Origin: Thioalkalispiraceae bacterium
Lineage (GTDB): Bacteria; Pseudomonadota; Gammaproteobacteria; UBA6429; Thiohalophilaceae
DNA: 51,845 bases
Reading direction: 5' to 3'
Assembly (NCBI GenBank): GCA_050116415.1
Contig: JASFOS010000001.1
Location: 1 to 51,845, forward strand
Shown: positions 1-12,203 of the stretch, in pieces
Layout of the letters: the number at the start of each line of letters is the position of its first letter
How positions within the stretch are numbered: position 1 is the first letter of the stretch
Notes under the pieces: generated by a model
What the model was told of the DNA's origin: nothing
The model's database searches: none
Seen by the model: the letters and a program-made list of their open reading frames with translations, nothing else
Position numbers and translations under genes: made by a program

Positions 1-2
1 CC

Positions 3-1634
3 TTATTCGTCGGTGAGGCGGGGGTAGGAAAAACCGCCCTGGCTGAAGGCCTGGCCAAGAAAATTGTTGATGGTGAAGTACCGGAGATCCTGTCTGACTA
101 CGTCATTTATTCGCTGGATCTGGGGGCGCTCCTGGCCGGTACCAAGTATCGTGGTGATTTCGAAAAGCGTCTGAAAGCCGTCCTGGCCAAGTTGAAAAAA
201 GAGCCCCATTCGGTTTTATTCATCGATGAGATTCATACCATCATCGGGGCAGGTGCCGCCTCAGGTGGCACCATGGATGCGTCTAACCTGATCAAGCCGG
301 TGCTGGCCAGTGGTGAACTCAAGTGCATCGGTTCCACCACTTACCAGGAATACCGGGGTATTTTTGAAAAAGATCATGCGCTGGCACGGCGTTTCCAGAA
401 GATCGATGTCAACGAGCCGAGTGTTGAAGAATGCGTACAGATACTTGAAGGTCTGAAGTCACGTTTCGAGGAACATCACCAGGTCAAGTATACTCACCCG
501 GCGATTCGAGCCGCGGCTGAAATGGCAGAACGTTATATCAATGACCGTCATCTGCCGGATAAGGCGATTGATGTAATCGACGAGGCTGGTGCCAACCAGC
601 GTATGCAGCCGCCTTCCAAACGTAAGAAAACCATTGGCGTCAAGGAAATCGAAGCGATTGTCGCCAAGATTGCGCGTATTCCACCGAAAACGGTTTCTGC
701 AGATGACATGGAAGTGTTGCGTAACCTGGAACGTGATCTGAAGATGGTGATTTACGGTCAGGATGAAGCTATCGAGAACCTGGCCAGCGCCATCAAGCTT
801 TCCAGGGCAGGGTTAGGGCATGAGCAAAAACCCATTGCCTCGTTCCTGTTTGCGGGTCCTACCGGGGTCGGCAAGACCGAGGTGACGCGCCAGCTGGCGC
901 GAATCATGGGCATCGAGCTGGTCCGTTTTGACATGTCCGAATACATGGAAAGACACACCGTGTCGCGATTAATCGGTGCACCACCGGGCTATGTCGGCTA
1001 TGACCAGGGCGGGCTGCTCACCGAGGCCATTAACAAGAACCCGCATTCCGTGTTACTGCTGGATGAAATCGAAAAGGCCCATCCTGACGTGTTTAACCTG
1101 TTACTGCAGGTCATGGATCACGGTACCCTGACGGATAATAATGGTCGCAAGGCGGATTTCCGCAACGTGATAATCGTGATGACCACCAATGCCGGGGCGG
1201 AAATGCTAAGCCGGGCCTCGATTGGTTTTGCTGCGCAGGATCATTCCTCGGATGGCATGGAAAGTATCAAGAAGACCTTCACGCCGGAATTCCGCAACCG
1301 CCTGGATGCCATCGTGCAGTTCAAGCAATTGACCGCTGACGTGATTGGCCACGTGGTGGATAAATTCATTTTCGAGTTCGAAACCCAGCTGGCCGACAAG
1401 AACGTCACGGTTTCCATTGATGACGAGGCACGTACCTGGCTGGCGGTGCATGGTTATGATGCACAAATGGGGGCACGCCCCATGGCGCGGCTGATCCAGG
1501 AAAACATCAAGAAACCGCTGGCGGAGGCCCTGTTATTCGGCGAACTGGCCAACGGTGGCCACATCAACATCACCGTCAAAGATGATAAGCTGGCGTTTGA
1601 TTTGAAAGGGAAGAATGAGCTGGTTACCCAGTAA
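3..1634 (+). CDS. clpA: ATP-dependent Clp protease ATP-binding subunit ClpA (5' end truncated by window edge)
   Basis: The frame is open from the window edge. The first codons read LFVGEAGVGKTALAEGLAKKIV (AAA+ D1 Walker A). The second module has GPTGVGKTEV (Walker A) and LLLDEIEKAHPDVFN (Walker B). infA follows, as in E. coli. Confidence 0.95.
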   Translation, partial: LFVGEAGVGKTALAEGLAKKIVDGEVPEILSDYVIYSLDLGALLAGTKYRGDFEKRLKAVLAKLKKEPHSVLFIDEIHTIIGAGAASGGTMDASNLIKPVLASGELKCIGSTTYQEYRGIFEKDHALARRFQKIDVNEPSVEECVQILEGLKSRFEEHHQVKYTHPAIRAAAEMAERYINDRHLPDKAIDVIDEAGANQRMQPPSKRKKTIGVKEIEAIVAKIARIPPKTVSADDMEVLRNLERDLKMVIYGQDEAIENLASAIKLSRAGLGHEQKPIASFLFAGPTGVGKTEVTRQLARIMGIELVRFDMSEYMERHTVSRLIGAPPGYVGYDQGGLLTEAINKNPHSVLLLDEIEKAHPDVFNLLLQVMDHGTLTDNNGRKADFRNVIIVMTTNAGAEMLSRASIGFAAQDHSSDGMESIKKTFTPEFRNRLDAIVQFKQLTADVIGHVVDKFIFEFETQLADKNVTVSIDDEARTWLAVHGYDAQMGARPMARLIQENIKKPLAEALLFGELANGGHINITVKDDKLAFDLKGKNELVTQ

Positions 1635-1660
1635 GCAGGATATCAGCTCATATTGCAGGG

Positions 1661-1879
1661 TTATTTGCCGCGGAACACGATACGCCCCTTGCTCAGGTCA
1701 TAAGGGGTCAATTGTACGGTGACGGTATCACCGGTCAGGATGCGGATATAGTGTTTGCGCATTTTGCCTGAAATATGGGCGGTCACAACGTGTCCATTTT
1801 CCAGTTCAACACGAAACATGGTATTGGGTAAGGTTTCAATGACCGTACCGGTCATTTCGATGTGTTCTTCTTTAGCCAT
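1661..1879 (-). CDS. infA: translation initiation factor IF-1
   Basis: 72 aa with the IF-1 S1-fold pattern [40 protein letters not shown]...PYDL.KGRI..R. Confidence 0.97.
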   Translation of the reverse strand: MAKEEHIEMTGTVIETLPNTMFRVELENGHVVTAHISGKMRKHYIRILTGDTVTVQLTPYDLSKGRIVFRGK

Positions 1880-2036
1880 TCAGTCTAATTAACCCTCGGT
1901 AAATGCGTGTTTGATAAAAAACCAGCGCGAATAATGCCCTAAATCACGCCATTTTTCAAAGTTAAAGGCTAAAGAAAATGCCGAGCTAGCTGCTCCCGGC
2001 GGGAGTAGGTGGGCGAGACGTTACCGTTTTCACGCG

Positions 2037-2273
2037 TTATACAGCAATCGCAGCATGCCATTCGGCACTTGACCAGGCCACATGCGGCTGGGTCAGTTCT
2101 GAATCCAGCACGATTTCCATGCCCAGTAATTGGTTCAATGCATCCAGATCCCTGATATTTGCCAGTTGTGATTTAAGTTGCTGGAAGTGCTGGTGATTAA
2201 GGTAAAGTACATTAGGGCGAAAGCCGTGTTCACGCTCGAACATATTGGTCATACGATACAGGAAGCTTAACAT
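2037..2273 (-). CDS. hypothetical small protein (78 aa)
   Basis: Start chosen at ATG 2273, because AGGAGG lies 5 nt upstream (reverse complement GGAAAGGAGGTTACGATG). The longer track ORF (to 2291) lacks an RBS. No recognisable motif. Confidence 0.5.
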   Translation of the reverse strand: MLSFLYRMTNMFEREHGFRPNVLYLNHQHFQQLKSQLANIRDLDALNQLLGMEIVLDSELTQPHVAWSSAEWHAAIAV

Positions 2274-2428
2274 CGTAACCTCCTTTCCCATGAGGGCGTT
2301 TAGTTAAGTTCGACATTTAGCAGCTGTAGCTACTAGCTGTCCTGTTACTTCTATTATCGGCCATTTCCCTATGGCTTTTAAGAAATTATAGACCAGTTTT
2401 TGTTACATATTTGTTAAATTATCACGTG

Positions 2429-3157
2429 TTAGCTGACCACCTGCCAGTTCATGTTCCGGTATATCTCATGCGGGTGGTATTCATTTTTATAAGACATCTT
2501 TTGGCAGTCCGGGTTCCAGTAGCCCAGGTATAACCAGTCCTTGCCTGTTGTTCTGGCCCGTTCGATTTCATATAAAACGGCATAGCGGCCCGGACTGCGT
2601 GTCGCGTAATCAGGATGAAAAAAAGTATAGACGGCAGAGAGCGCATTTTTGAATTCATCTACCACGGCAACGGCGACCAGTTTACCGTTATCACGAAATT
2701 CATAGAGCAGGGTATCGCTCCAGGATGAAGTTATTACACGTTGGTAAGCATCCGGATCATCCTGGTCCATACCACCACCGGGATGTCGTGACTGCATATA
2801 GGTCCGGTATAAGTGGTAATGCTCTTCAATGTAATGACTGTTGAGAATTGAGACTGATAAAGCCTGGTTTTGCACCCAGTTGCGACGTTGATTGCGGCGT
2901 GGCCTGAATTGTGCGACAGGGATCCGCAAGGGGATACATTGTTGGCAGGTTTCGCAGGCAGGACGATAGACGTTTTCACCACTGCGACGAAAACCGGCTT
3001 CCAGCAAGATCCCGTAGTCGTGCATGGTCAGCGTTGCAGCAGGATCCACAAACAGGGTGCGTGCGACCTGTTGTTCAAGATAACTGCAGGGGTGTTCCGG
3101 AGAAATGTAAAACTGGTATTTCTGGAATACCTGTTGCAACGCGGTTTCGTGATTCAT
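2429..3157 (-). CDS. bpt: arginyl-tRNA--protein transferase family / aspartate-glutamate leucyltransferase (Bpt)
   Basis: 242 aa. ATE-family N-terminal Cys-rich region (HPCSYL ... CETCQQC) followed by a C-terminal domain. The start overlaps the aat stop as ATGA (3154-3157). Confidence 0.85.
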   Translation of the reverse strand: MNHETALQQVFQKYQFYISPEHPCSYLEQQVARTLFVDPAATLTMHDYGILLEAGFRRSGENVYRPACETCQQCIPLRIPVAQFRPRRNQRRNWVQNQALSVSILNSHYIEEHYHLYRTYMQSRHPGGGMDQDDPDAYQRVITSSWSDTLLYEFRDNGKLVAVAVVDEFKNALSAVYTFFHPDYATRSPGRYAVLYEIERARTTGKDWLYLGYWNPDCQKMSYKNEYHPHEIYRNMNWQVVS

Positions 3158-3897
3158 TTTCCGTGTTCAATAATGTTGCTGCTATCGTATTCACACTGCC
3201 ATTGATGTTCAGGCATGCTATCACAAAGCCGCTGCAGTTTTTTAATGAACTTGTTGCGAGGAATGTTTGTTGCGCCCAGGCTGGCGAGATGCTCGGAATA
3301 GACCTGGCAGTCAATCAATTCATAGCCCCAGTGTTGTAACTGGCGAGCAAGATAAACGAAAGCGATCTTTGAAGCATCGGTTTTCCTGGCAAACATGGAT
3401 TCACCAAAAAATACTTTGCCAATGGCTACACCATATAGTCCGCCGAGTAACCGCTGATCTTGCCAGTATTCAACAGAGTGGGCGTAACCTGCCTCATGTA
3501 AACCGAGATAGGCCCGTTTCATTTCATCCGTAATCCAGGTGTCATCCGTGTAATCTCGAGGTGCACGGCATTGTTCGATGACCTGGGCAAAAGCCGCATC
3601 GAAGGTCACCTTGTAATCCTGTTTGCGTAAACGTTTCCGCAGACTCCTGGAAATGTGTAAGTCTTCAGGGAATAATACCATGCGAGGATCCGGTGACCAC
3701 CACAGGATAGGCTGATCATCACTATACCAGGGAAAAATGCCCTGACGATAGGCGGCTAACAGGCGACGCTGTGAAAGATCACCACCAACGGCCAGCAGGC
3801 CATCGGGCTCACGTAATGCCAGTGATACGTCCGGGAAGTTTTCCGGTTGCCGGTTGTCCAGCCAGAAAGGTGCGCTTGTTTGTCGATATTCACTCAT
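3154..3897 (-). CDS. aat: leucyl/phenylalanyl-tRNA--protein transferase
   Basis: 247 aa with [21 protein letters not shown] and GESMF motifs typical of Aat. Sits next to infA and clpA as in E. coli. Confidence 0.92.
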   Translation of the reverse strand: MSEYRQTSAPFWLDNRQPENFPDVSLALREPDGLLAVGGDLSQRRLLAAYRQGIFPWYSDDQPILWWSPDPRMVLFPEDLHISRSLRKRLRKQDYKVTFDAAFAQVIEQCRAPRDYTDDTWITDEMKRAYLGLHEAGYAHSVEYWQDQRLLGGLYGVAIGKVFFGESMFARKTDASKIAFVYLARQLQHWGYELIDCQVYSEHLASLGATNIPRNKFIKKLQRLCDSMPEHQWQCEYDSSNIIEHGK

Positions 3898-5032
3898 CGT
3901 TTGTTTTGAAAGGTGAATGTTCTGCTAATGCTTTTATATAGTGTTGCATACCGTTGGTTTCCTGGCGCAGGAACTGCTGGATACCGTGCCTGAATTCCGG
4001 GTTGGCGATCCAGTGCGCCGACCAGGTCGCGGTGGGTAGAAAGCCACGGCTGATTTTATGTTCTCCCTGTGCGCCTGGTTCAAAGCGTTGCAAGCCGTGG
4101 TTAATGGCATACTCCAGCCCCTGGTAATAACAGGCCTCGAAATGCAGGCTGTGAAATTCAGCCAGGCAACCCCAGTGTCGACCAAACAGCGAGCGTGCCC
4201 CACGAACGTTGAAAGCGCTGGCCACATACTGATTATTATAGTCTGCCATCACCAGTACGATATTTTCTGGCATGGTTTCACCAATTTCCTGGAAAAAAGA
4301 CTTAGAAAACGTCGGGATGCCGCTCTTGCGAGCAAAGGTCGAGGTATAAAACTGATGGTAGGTGTCCCATTGTTGTTCTGATATCTCGTTACCGGACAAA
4401 ATTTTCAGGCCAATGTTTTGCTCCTGCACGTACTTGCGTTCACGACGGATTTTTTTTCGTTTGCTGGAACGAAACGATTCCAGGTAGTGTTCAAAACTCT
4501 GGTAGCCCTGGTTGTGCCAGTGAAACTGGCAACCCAACCGCATCATGAAATCGGGGTGTTGCTTGAAGAGTTGAGTATCCGTCTCGTCGGTAAACAGCCA
4601 GTGCAAGGAAGAAACGCCAAGCTTTTGCGCATGCTGCAGGGCATGCTCCACCAGTGCGCCGGCAATTACCTTGCGATCATGCCCAGGATGAATAAACAGG
4701 CGGTTTCCGGTTGCCGGCGTGTAAGGGATGGCAACCACCAGCTTGGGATAATAATCCAGCCCGTGGCGCGCGTAGGCATCGGCCCACGACCAGTCAAACA
4801 CAAACTCGCCGTAGGAATTATCCTTCAGGTACATGGGGGCGGCGCCGACCAGTAGATCATCCTGGTAGGCCAGTAAATATTGTGGAATCCAGCCAAATTG
4901 TTCACCCACCGCGCCATGTTTTTCCATGGCAGATAAAAACTCGTGGCGCGCAAAAGGGTTGTCGTCGCCAATCAACCGGTTCCAGTCAGCGGCATTGATA
5001 TCCTTTAACGTATCACTGACCGTGATATTCAT
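3890..5032 (-). CDS. DUF482 / FemAB-like GNAT-fold protein (COG3146-type)
   Basis: 380 aa. The N-terminus (INAADWNRL...[19 protein letters not shown]...GW.PQYLL) matches my recollection of the DUF482 family. Its stop overlaps the aat start by 8 nt. Confidence 0.7.
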   Translation of the reverse strand: MNITVSDTLKDINAADWNRLIGDDNPFARHEFLSAMEKHGAVGEQFGWIPQYLLAYQDDLLVGAAPMYLKDNSYGEFVFDWSWADAYARHGLDYYPKLVVAIPYTPATGNRLFIHPGHDRKVIAGALVEHALQHAQKLGVSSLHWLFTDETDTQLFKQHPDFMMRLGCQFHWHNQGYQSFEHYLESFRSSKRKKIRRERKYVQEQNIGLKILSGNEISEQQWDTYHQFYTSTFARKSGIPTFSKSFFQEIGETMPENIVLVMADYNNQYVASAFNVRGARSLFGRHWGCLAEFHSLHFEACYYQGLEYAINHGLQRFEPGAQGEHKISRGFLPTATWSAHWIANPEFRHGIQQFLRQETNGMQHYIKALAEHSPFKTNDE

Positions 5033-5038
5033 AAGCTA

Positions 5039-6997
5039 TTACGGGAGTTGAGGACCTTTACGGATGCGGTACCAGCTAATCGCCTGGGCAGCCCGGTAGT
5101 AACGATTCAGTTCGGCGATATGATGTTCTTGCTCCGGATTTTCAGATAATGGAAATGCGCTCTTACCCGTGTAAAAGTAATGTGCATCGAGGAAATAACC
5201 GGCTCCAATCGCGGGCGCGGTAATAGTGTTATCCAGCAGGTTATTGCCGAGCGCGTAATATTCAAAGCCTTCGGGTGCGGCCAGTTCATACAGGGTAGGC
5301 AAGATATCAATATGACTGCCAGGTCTGCCAGGTTGGGCGGTTCGTGGCAATACATCTGGGCCATAAAGAATGAAGGGTACCGCGGTATGTTCAAATATAT
5401 TCTGCCCGGGAAACTTTAGCTTCAGACGCGAGGTGTGATCGCCGGTAATGGCAAACAATGGCTTATCCAGCTTGTTGACCATGCGTTTAACAAACTGGCC
5501 AGTCTGCTGGTCGCTGTACCACAGGTGGCCGAGGGTGGTCAGACTATCGTCCTTGGTTTGCTTGATATCCTCACGTAGCGTGTGACCGCTGAAACCAATT
5601 TTCTCCAGGTCCAGATCATAGGGCGGGTGGTTGCTGGTGGTTAATACCAGGTTGAAACTGGGGGTGTCTTTATCCAGGTTATTCTCAATATATTCGAACA
5701 GGTACTCATCATCGACGCCCCATTCATTGGTCGGCTTGTCTTCACCGATATGACCGGCACCGTAAATTTCGTCAAAACCCTGGGCGCGCATGAAATTATC
5801 AACACGTTGCCAGCCCAGGTAACCACCATAAAAAAAACGTGTCCGGTAGCCCATACGTTTAAATGTATCGGCTATGGAGAACGGGTAGGTTTTCAATGCC
5901 GAAGGTTCGTAATTGACGTTAAGCCCGGAATAGGGCATGCCGGTAATCAGGGCATTAAAAGTTGGCATGGTACCGGTGCCTGAAGGAATGAAATGTTGGA
6001 AATAAATTCCTTCATCAGCCAGTTTTGACAGTTGCGGTGAGAAATCCATATCACGATATTCTGGCCAGACCGTCCAGCCGCTGTGACTTTCCAGCAGGAT
6101 CAGGAAAATATGTTTGGGCCTGGATACATTAGGCTTTTCAACACGATGCATGATCGCCTGGTCGATGTCATTAACCTGCTGTTTGTCAGTAACCAGTGAC
6201 AGGGCCTGTTGTAAATCCTTTTCCGGCCAGAGTCGCGCGAGTGCTTCATCACCCTGCATCCACATGCGCTTTTGTATGGCATAACGTAAAGCGGTAAATG
6301 GATTAAGAATGGTTTTATTGAGAAATACATCCTTGCTGGCAAAAGCGTGATGCTGGCGTAATGGTTGAGTGGATAAGGTTGAACCACGTACCACAAACAC
6401 AAAGCCGAGAAAGATAGTGAGTATTATAACGGCACGACTTGAAACATGCCTGGCTTTCGGTGTTGAAGGCTTGTCGCAAAATGCCGGGGAGTAACGCATC
6501 CAGCGAAGAAACAGAAAACGTAACGCCAAAAAAGCAACCGTGGCGAGCAATACGAAGCGAACCGGGTGATATTCTTTCCAGATCGTAATCAGGATGGCGC
6601 GGGTATCATCATCAGCGATACCAAACAGCGTCTGGTTAAACTGGTCACCATACTCATAGAAGAACACCAGGTCGACACCAAATATTAAAACGGCGACTAA
6701 TATATACAGCTGACCCAGCGAGGTTCTTATTTTATGCAAGGTTTCTCCCCAGTTGATAAAAGCCGTGCTAATACTGGCGAGAAACAGCATTGCGACCCAG
6801 ATGGCAGCTGTTGAGCCATCAAAGCGCAAGCCCATCAGGATGGTGGTAAAAAAATCATTGAGACCACTATCAGTATGAATTTGATCGCTGAAGCTGGTAA
6901 TTAATACCAGGCGAAATGCAAACAGGGAGAGGGTGATAAAGAACCAGAGCTGGAAATCTTTAAACCAATGATATCGTAATGCTGACCAGCCTTTCAT
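5039..6997 (-). CDS. LTA synthase / phosphoglycerol-transferase-like membrane sulfatase family protein
   Basis: 652 aa. N-terminal multi-TM region followed by a sulfatase-type domain (IFLILLESHSGW..., TGDHTS). Confidence 0.75.
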   Translation of the reverse strand: MKGWSALRYHWFKDFQLWFFITLSLFAFRLVLITSFSDQIHTDSGLNDFFTTILMGLRFDGSTAAIWVAMLFLASISTAFINWGETLHKIRTSLGQLYILVAVLIFGVDLVFFYEYGDQFNQTLFGIADDDTRAILITIWKEYHPVRFVLLATVAFLALRFLFLRWMRYSPAFCDKPSTPKARHVSSRAVIILTIFLGFVFVVRGSTLSTQPLRQHHAFASKDVFLNKTILNPFTALRYAIQKRMWMQGDEALARLWPEKDLQQALSLVTDKQQVNDIDQAIMHRVEKPNVSRPKHIFLILLESHSGWTVWPEYRDMDFSPQLSKLADEGIYFQHFIPSGTGTMPTFNALITGMPYSGLNVNYEPSALKTYPFSIADTFKRMGYRTRFFYGGYLGWQRVDNFMRAQGFDEIYGAGHIGEDKPTNEWGVDDEYLFEYIENNLDKDTPSFNLVLTTSNHPPYDLDLEKIGFSGHTLREDIKQTKDDSLTTLGHLWYSDQQTGQFVKRMVNKLDKPLFAITGDHTSRLKLKFPGQNIFEHTAVPFILYGPDVLPRTAQPGRPGSHIDILPTLYELAAPEGFEYYALGNNLLDNTITAPAIGAGYFLDAHYFYTGKSAFPLSENPEQEHHIAELNRYYRAAQAISWYRIRKGPQLP

Positions 6998-7045
6998 AAT
7001 GGGTAAATACTTGGCCGGGGACTGAATCCCCGGCTTTAGACAGTC

Positions 7046-8008
<963 letters not shown>

Positions 8009-8156
8009 TTAAACTCCAAATGAACCCCGCTATTTAACAGGGGGAATTCCTTAGGTTAAAAAATTATCAAATTCTAGGACTATTGAACTCGAGACGAGTT
8101 CATTTTGTCGAAATTGTGGGTAATGGTACGTAATGCAGCTTAAAGGGTAAAGCTTG

Positions 8157-9218
8157 ATGATGAAAATTGGAATTCCGAAGGAAATTAAACCACGTGAAGG
8201 GCGGGTTGCCCTGATCCCCGATGCGGTTGCAGAACTGGTCCACCACGGTCACACGGTGTTCCTCGAGCAGGATGCCGGCAAGCTCAGTGGCTACTGTGAT
8301 GTGGATTATGAAAACGCCGGCGCCACCTTGTGCCCGGATGCCGCCTCCCTGTATCAATCTGCCCAACTGATCGTCAAGGTCAAGGAACCCCAGGAAAGTG
8401 AACTCCAGTATCTTAGAACCGACCATGTGTTATTTTCCTATCTGCACCTGGCGGCGATCCCCGAATTGACCCGGCAATTATGCCAGGTGGGTTTGACCGC
8501 GATCGGTTTTGAAACTGTTCAGGAACACGGGGCCTTGCCGCTACTGGCGCCCATGAGCGATATCGCCGGGCGCCTGGCGACCCAGCTCGGCAGCCATTAC
8601 CTGCACTTGCCCCAGGGCGGGCGCGGGATCCTGCTGGGGGGCATCCCCGCGGCCGAGCGCGGTAACGTGGTGATACTCGGTGCCGGTTCTGCCGGGGGAA
8701 ACGCGGCAGTGATGGCGGCAGCGATGGGCGCCAACGTGACGATTTTCGATCCAAACCGCGACAAGCTGGCGCACATGCGCGCGCTGGGTAACAATGTCAC
8801 CGGTTTACACCCCTTCAAGAAGTCAATTCATGAGGCGGTGGTTGAGGCGGACTTGTTGATCGGGGCCGTGTTGATCCCCGGCGCGAAAGCGCCGCACCTG
8901 GTCAGCGCGGACACCGTGCGCGAGATGAAAAACGGCAGCGTGATCGTGGACATATCGGTGGATCAGGGGGGATGTATCGAGACCACCCGGCCGACGGACT
9001 ACAATAACCCGACCTTTATCTGGGAAGGGGTGGTGCATTTTGGCGTGACCAACATGCCCGGTGCTGTCCCCAGAACAGCCTCGCAGGCATTGTCGGCCGC
9101 CCTGGTTCCCTATATCCTGCGGCTGACTTCGCGTGACTGGGAGTCGGATGCAGCGCTGGCAGCGGGGATTAATGTCCAGGCCGGCCAGGTCGTACATCCG
9201 GCATTGCGTGACACCTGA
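8157..9218 (+). CDS. ald: alanine dehydrogenase family protein
   Basis: MKIGIPKEIKPREGRVALIP N-terminus and the VVILGAGSAGGNAA Rossmann motif. Length is typical of the Ald/PNT family. The start is ambiguous among TTG 8154, ATG 8157 and ATG 8160. Confidence 0.8.
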   Translation: MMKIGIPKEIKPREGRVALIPDAVAELVHHGHTVFLEQDAGKLSGYCDVDYENAGATLCPDAASLYQSAQLIVKVKEPQESELQYLRTDHVLFSYLHLAAIPELTRQLCQVGLTAIGFETVQEHGALPLLAPMSDIAGRLATQLGSHYLHLPQGGRGILLGGIPAAERGNVVILGAGSAGGNAAVMAAAMGANVTIFDPNRDKLAHMRALGNNVTGLHPFKKSIHEAVVEADLLIGAVLIPGAKAPHLVSADTVREMKNGSVIVDISVDQGGCIETTRPTDYNNPTFIWEGVVHFGVTNMPGAVPRTASQALSAALVPYILRLTSRDWESDAALAAGINVQAGQVVHPALRDT

Positions 9219-9279
9219 AATTGAAATTATCCATTATATTTAGTAAGTTACATTATTATTTTAATAAAGAAGTTTAAAA

Positions 9280-11586
9280 TTGGCTCAGGCAAAACAAAAA
9301 TCCGATCAACGCACGCCACTGGGTAGCCACCTGCACCGGGGGCTACGGGAAGGTGCGCTTTTTATCTTTGGCTTTACCGCGGTTTATTTTCTCATCGCGC
9401 TGGGCAGTTATAACCCGGCCGATCCGGGCTGGTCGCAAAGCGGCCTGTCGGAGGCCCCCATCTCCAACCTGGGTGGCCCGACCGGTGCCTTGTTTGCCGA
9501 TGTGTTCCTGTTCCTGTTTGGCTACCTGGCGTATTTATTCCCCATCATGGTGGCCTACGCGGGCTGGCTGATCTACCGCGATCGGCGCAGTGAAGCCAGT
9601 TTTGATGGGCGTGCCTTTGCCATTCGCAGTATCGGCTTCCTGCTGACACTGGGGGCAGGCTGTGCCCTCGCCAGCTTGCACGATACCTCGGCGGTCAGCC
9701 AATTGCCGGTGAATGCCGGTGGCGGGTTAGGGGATGTCATTGGTGGTGGCATGGAAGGCGCGCTGGGCTTTCTGGGTGCCACCATTCTGCTGCTGGCGTT
9801 GTTTTTTACCGGTGTCACCCTGTTTACCCACCTGTCGTGGCTGGCGTTGATGGACAGCGTCGGCGGCCTGACCCTGTCATTCCTCGACTGGTTGCGTGGC
9901 CGGCTGGCGGCATTACATGGCTTCTACGAGGACCGCAAGGCACGCAAGGCGCGTGAAGCCAAGTTCAAAGTCACGGCGCAACGTGAAAAAGTCAAACAGG
10001 TCAGCCGTAAACCACCCAAGATCGAGGTTGCGCCGCCACCTAAAAAGCCCAGTGAACGGGTGCAGAAGGAGAAACAGGTCCCCCTGTTTGTCACGCCCTC
10101 GGATACGGCGCTACCCCCCCTGGCCTTGCTGGATGAGGCGGAACCCAACAAGCATCGTATGTCCGATGAATCGCTGGAGGCCATGTCCCGGCAGGTGGAA
10201 CTGAAACTTCAGGACTTCAACATCGAAGCGGAAGTGGTGGCAGTACACCCCGGCCCGGTTATTACGCGTTACGAGTTACAGCCCTCACCGGGCACCAAGG
10301 CCAGCAAGATCACCGCCATCGCCAAGGACCTGGCGCGCTCCCTGTCGGCAATTAGCGTGCGCATCGTGGAGGCCATCCCGGGTAAGACCACCATCGGCCT
10401 GGAAATTCCCAACGAGCACCGTGAAATGGTGCGCCTGAGTGAAACCCTCAAGTCTGCCGAGTTTGCCGATGCCAAGTCGCCGCTCACCCTGGCGCTGGGC
10501 AAGGATATCAGCGGCCTGCCGTCTGTGGCCGACCTGGCCAAGATGCCGCACCTGTTGGTGGCCGGGACCACTGGGGCCGGCAAGTCAGTGGCATTGAATG
10601 CCATGATTCTCAGCCTGCTTTATAACGCCATGCCCAAGGATGTGCGTTTGATCCTGATCGATCCCAAGATGCTGGAACTGTCTGTCTATGACGGTATTCC
10701 GCATTTATTGGCGCCGGTGGTGACGGACATGAAAGAAGCGGCCAATGCCTTGCGCTGGTGCGTGGCGGAAATGGATCAGCGTTACAAACTGATGTCGGCG
10801 TTGAAGGTACGCAACATCACCGGCTTTAACCGCAAAATTGCCGAGGCGAAAGCCGCCAAGCAGCCGATCATGGATCCATTCCATCCTGCCGACTCAGAAT
10901 TGCCGGCCCAGGAGTTGCAACCCCTGCCTTATATTGTTGTCGTAGTCGATGAGCTTGCCGACATGATGATGCTGGTGGGCAAGAAAGTGGAAGAACTGAT
11001 TGCCCGCCTGGCGCAAAAAGCGCGTGCCGCGGGGATTCACTTGATCCTGGCAACACAACGGCCCTCGGTGGATGTGTTGACCGGTTTAATCAAGTCTAAT
11101 ATCCCGACGCGTATTGCCTTCCAGGTTTCATCGCGCGTGGATTCAAGAACTATCCTGGACCAGATGGGGGCAGAACAGCTACTTGGGCATGGAGACATGC
11201 TGTACCTGCCACCAGGCAACGCGATACCAACACGTATCCATGGCGCATTCGTCGATGATCACGAAGTACATAACGTGGTTGAAAATTTGAAACAAAGTGG
11301 CAAGCCGCAATACCTTGAAGAAGTTTTACAAGGGCCTGCTGAAGCAGATGGTGGTACATATGGAGAAATGCCGGAAGATACCGAACAGGATACCTTGTAT
11401 GACCAGGCGGTGCGCATCGTGACCGAATCCCGACGTGCTTCGATCTCGGGTATCCAGCGACGTTTGAAGATCGGCTATAACCGTGCCGCACGCATGGTCG
11501 AGGCCATGGAAGCGGCCGGTATTGTCGGACCTGTCGAAGGAAATGGGCAACGAGAAGTATTGGCGCCACCGCCACCTGAAGATTAA
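9280..11586 (+). CDS. ftsK: DNA translocase FtsK
   Basis: 768 aa. N-terminal TM helices, a Pro/Lys-rich linker, the motor domain (GTTGAGKSV Walker [13 protein letters not shown] Walker B) and a C-terminal gamma winged-helix ([22 protein letters not shown]). TTG start. Confidence 0.95.
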   Translation: MAQAKQKSDQRTPLGSHLHRGLREGALFIFGFTAVYFLIALGSYNPADPGWSQSGLSEAPISNLGGPTGALFADVFLFLFGYLAYLFPIMVAYAGWLIYRDRRSEASFDGRAFAIRSIGFLLTLGAGCALASLHDTSAVSQLPVNAGGGLGDVIGGGMEGALGFLGATILLLALFFTGVTLFTHLSWLALMDSVGGLTLSFLDWLRGRLAALHGFYEDRKARKAREAKFKVTAQREKVKQVSRKPPKIEVAPPPKKPSERVQKEKQVPLFVTPSDTALPPLALLDEAEPNKHRMSDESLEAMSRQVELKLQDFNIEAEVVAVHPGPVITRYELQPSPGTKASKITAIAKDLARSLSAISVRIVEAIPGKTTIGLEIPNEHREMVRLSETLKSAEFADAKSPLTLALGKDISGLPSVADLAKMPHLLVAGTTGAGKSVALNAMILSLLYNAMPKDVRLILIDPKMLELSVYDGIPHLLAPVVTDMKEAANALRWCVAEMDQRYKLMSALKVRNITGFNRKIAEAKAAKQPIMDPFHPADSELPAQELQPLPYIVVVVDELADMMMLVGKKVEELIARLAQKARAAGIHLILATQRPSVDVLTGLIKSNIPTRIAFQVSSRVDSRTILDQMGAEQLLGHGDMLYLPPGNAIPTRIHGAFVDDHEVHNVVENLKQSGKPQYLEEVLQGPAEADGGTYGEMPEDTEQDTLYDQAVRIVTESRRASISGIQRRLKIGYNRAARMVEAMEAAGIVGPVEGNGQREVLAPPPPED

Positions 11587-11596
11587 GAAGGTTTCA

Positions 11597-12199
11597 ATGT
11601 TTAGACATTTTCTCTTTGTTAGCGGATTACTGGTTGCATTTTCTGTTAATGCAGTCGAGCTGAAAAGTTATTTCGAAGGTTGGCACGGCCTGCAGGCGGA
11701 TTTTGAACAACGTGTTTATGATGCGGACAACAAGTTACAGGAGCTGAGCAAGGGCCAGGTAACGATCAGTATGCCATCACGCTTCAAGTTTAAATATACC
11801 AAGCCGTTTGAACAGCTATACCTTGCCGATGGTGAAAAACTCTGGTTTTATGATACCGATCTTGAACAGGTGACGGTCAGTCAACAAAAAAACATCCTGG
11901 CCCATACCCCGGCGATGATCCTGAGTAACCCCAAACAACTGGACAAACATTACCTGATAAAGCAGCTGGCCAATTCAGATCATGCGACGGCGTTTGAATT
12001 GACCCCCAAACAAAAAGATAGCCAGTTCGAGACTATCCGTTTAGGCTTTATTGATGGCAAGCTGAAACACATGGAGTTGCGTGACAGTTTCTCGCGCATC
12101 ACGTTTCTTGAATTCAGTAACCTGAAAAAAAATCCAGGACTGGCCAAGGACGAGTTTGTGTTTGTGCCGCCCAAAGGTGTTGATGTCATTCAACAATAA
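11597..12199 (+). CDS. lolA: outer-membrane lipoprotein carrier protein LolA
   Basis: Start moved to ATG 11597 ([19 protein letters not shown] signal peptide). The track ORF start at 11483 would overlap ftsK. Position ftsK-lolA-rarA matches E. coli. Confidence 0.9.
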   Translation: MFRHFLFVSGLLVAFSVNAVELKSYFEGWHGLQADFEQRVYDADNKLQELSKGQVTISMPSRFKFKYTKPFEQLYLADGEKLWFYDTDLEQVTVSQQKNILAHTPAMILSNPKQLDKHYLIKQLANSDHATAFELTPKQKDSQFETIRLGFIDGKLKHMELRDSFSRITFLEFSNLKKNPGLAKDEFVFVPPKGVDVIQQ

Positions 12200-12203
12200 C
12201 CCC

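Noticed and set aside
8413-9197. Several 73-124-aa minus-strand ORFs inside the ald gene.
   Set aside because: They are Arg/Pro/Gly-rich shadow frames of a GC-rich coding region. They overlap a well-supported gene completely and have no RBS or motifs.
9353-11575. Multiple 60-141-aa ORFs on both strands within ftsK.
   Set aside because: They are alternative-frame and antisense artefacts of a long GC-rich gene. Their compositions are Arg/Ala/Pro-biased with no recognisable domains.
11483-11596. Long N-terminal extension of the LolA ORF. The same problem applies to 12156 for rarA, 13894 for DUF190, 25034 for DUF785 and 43779 for the Tat protein.
   Set aside because: Each extension overlaps the preceding gene or lacks a signal peptide. 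The internal ATGs give canonical N-termini, signal peptides and sensible intergenic spacing.
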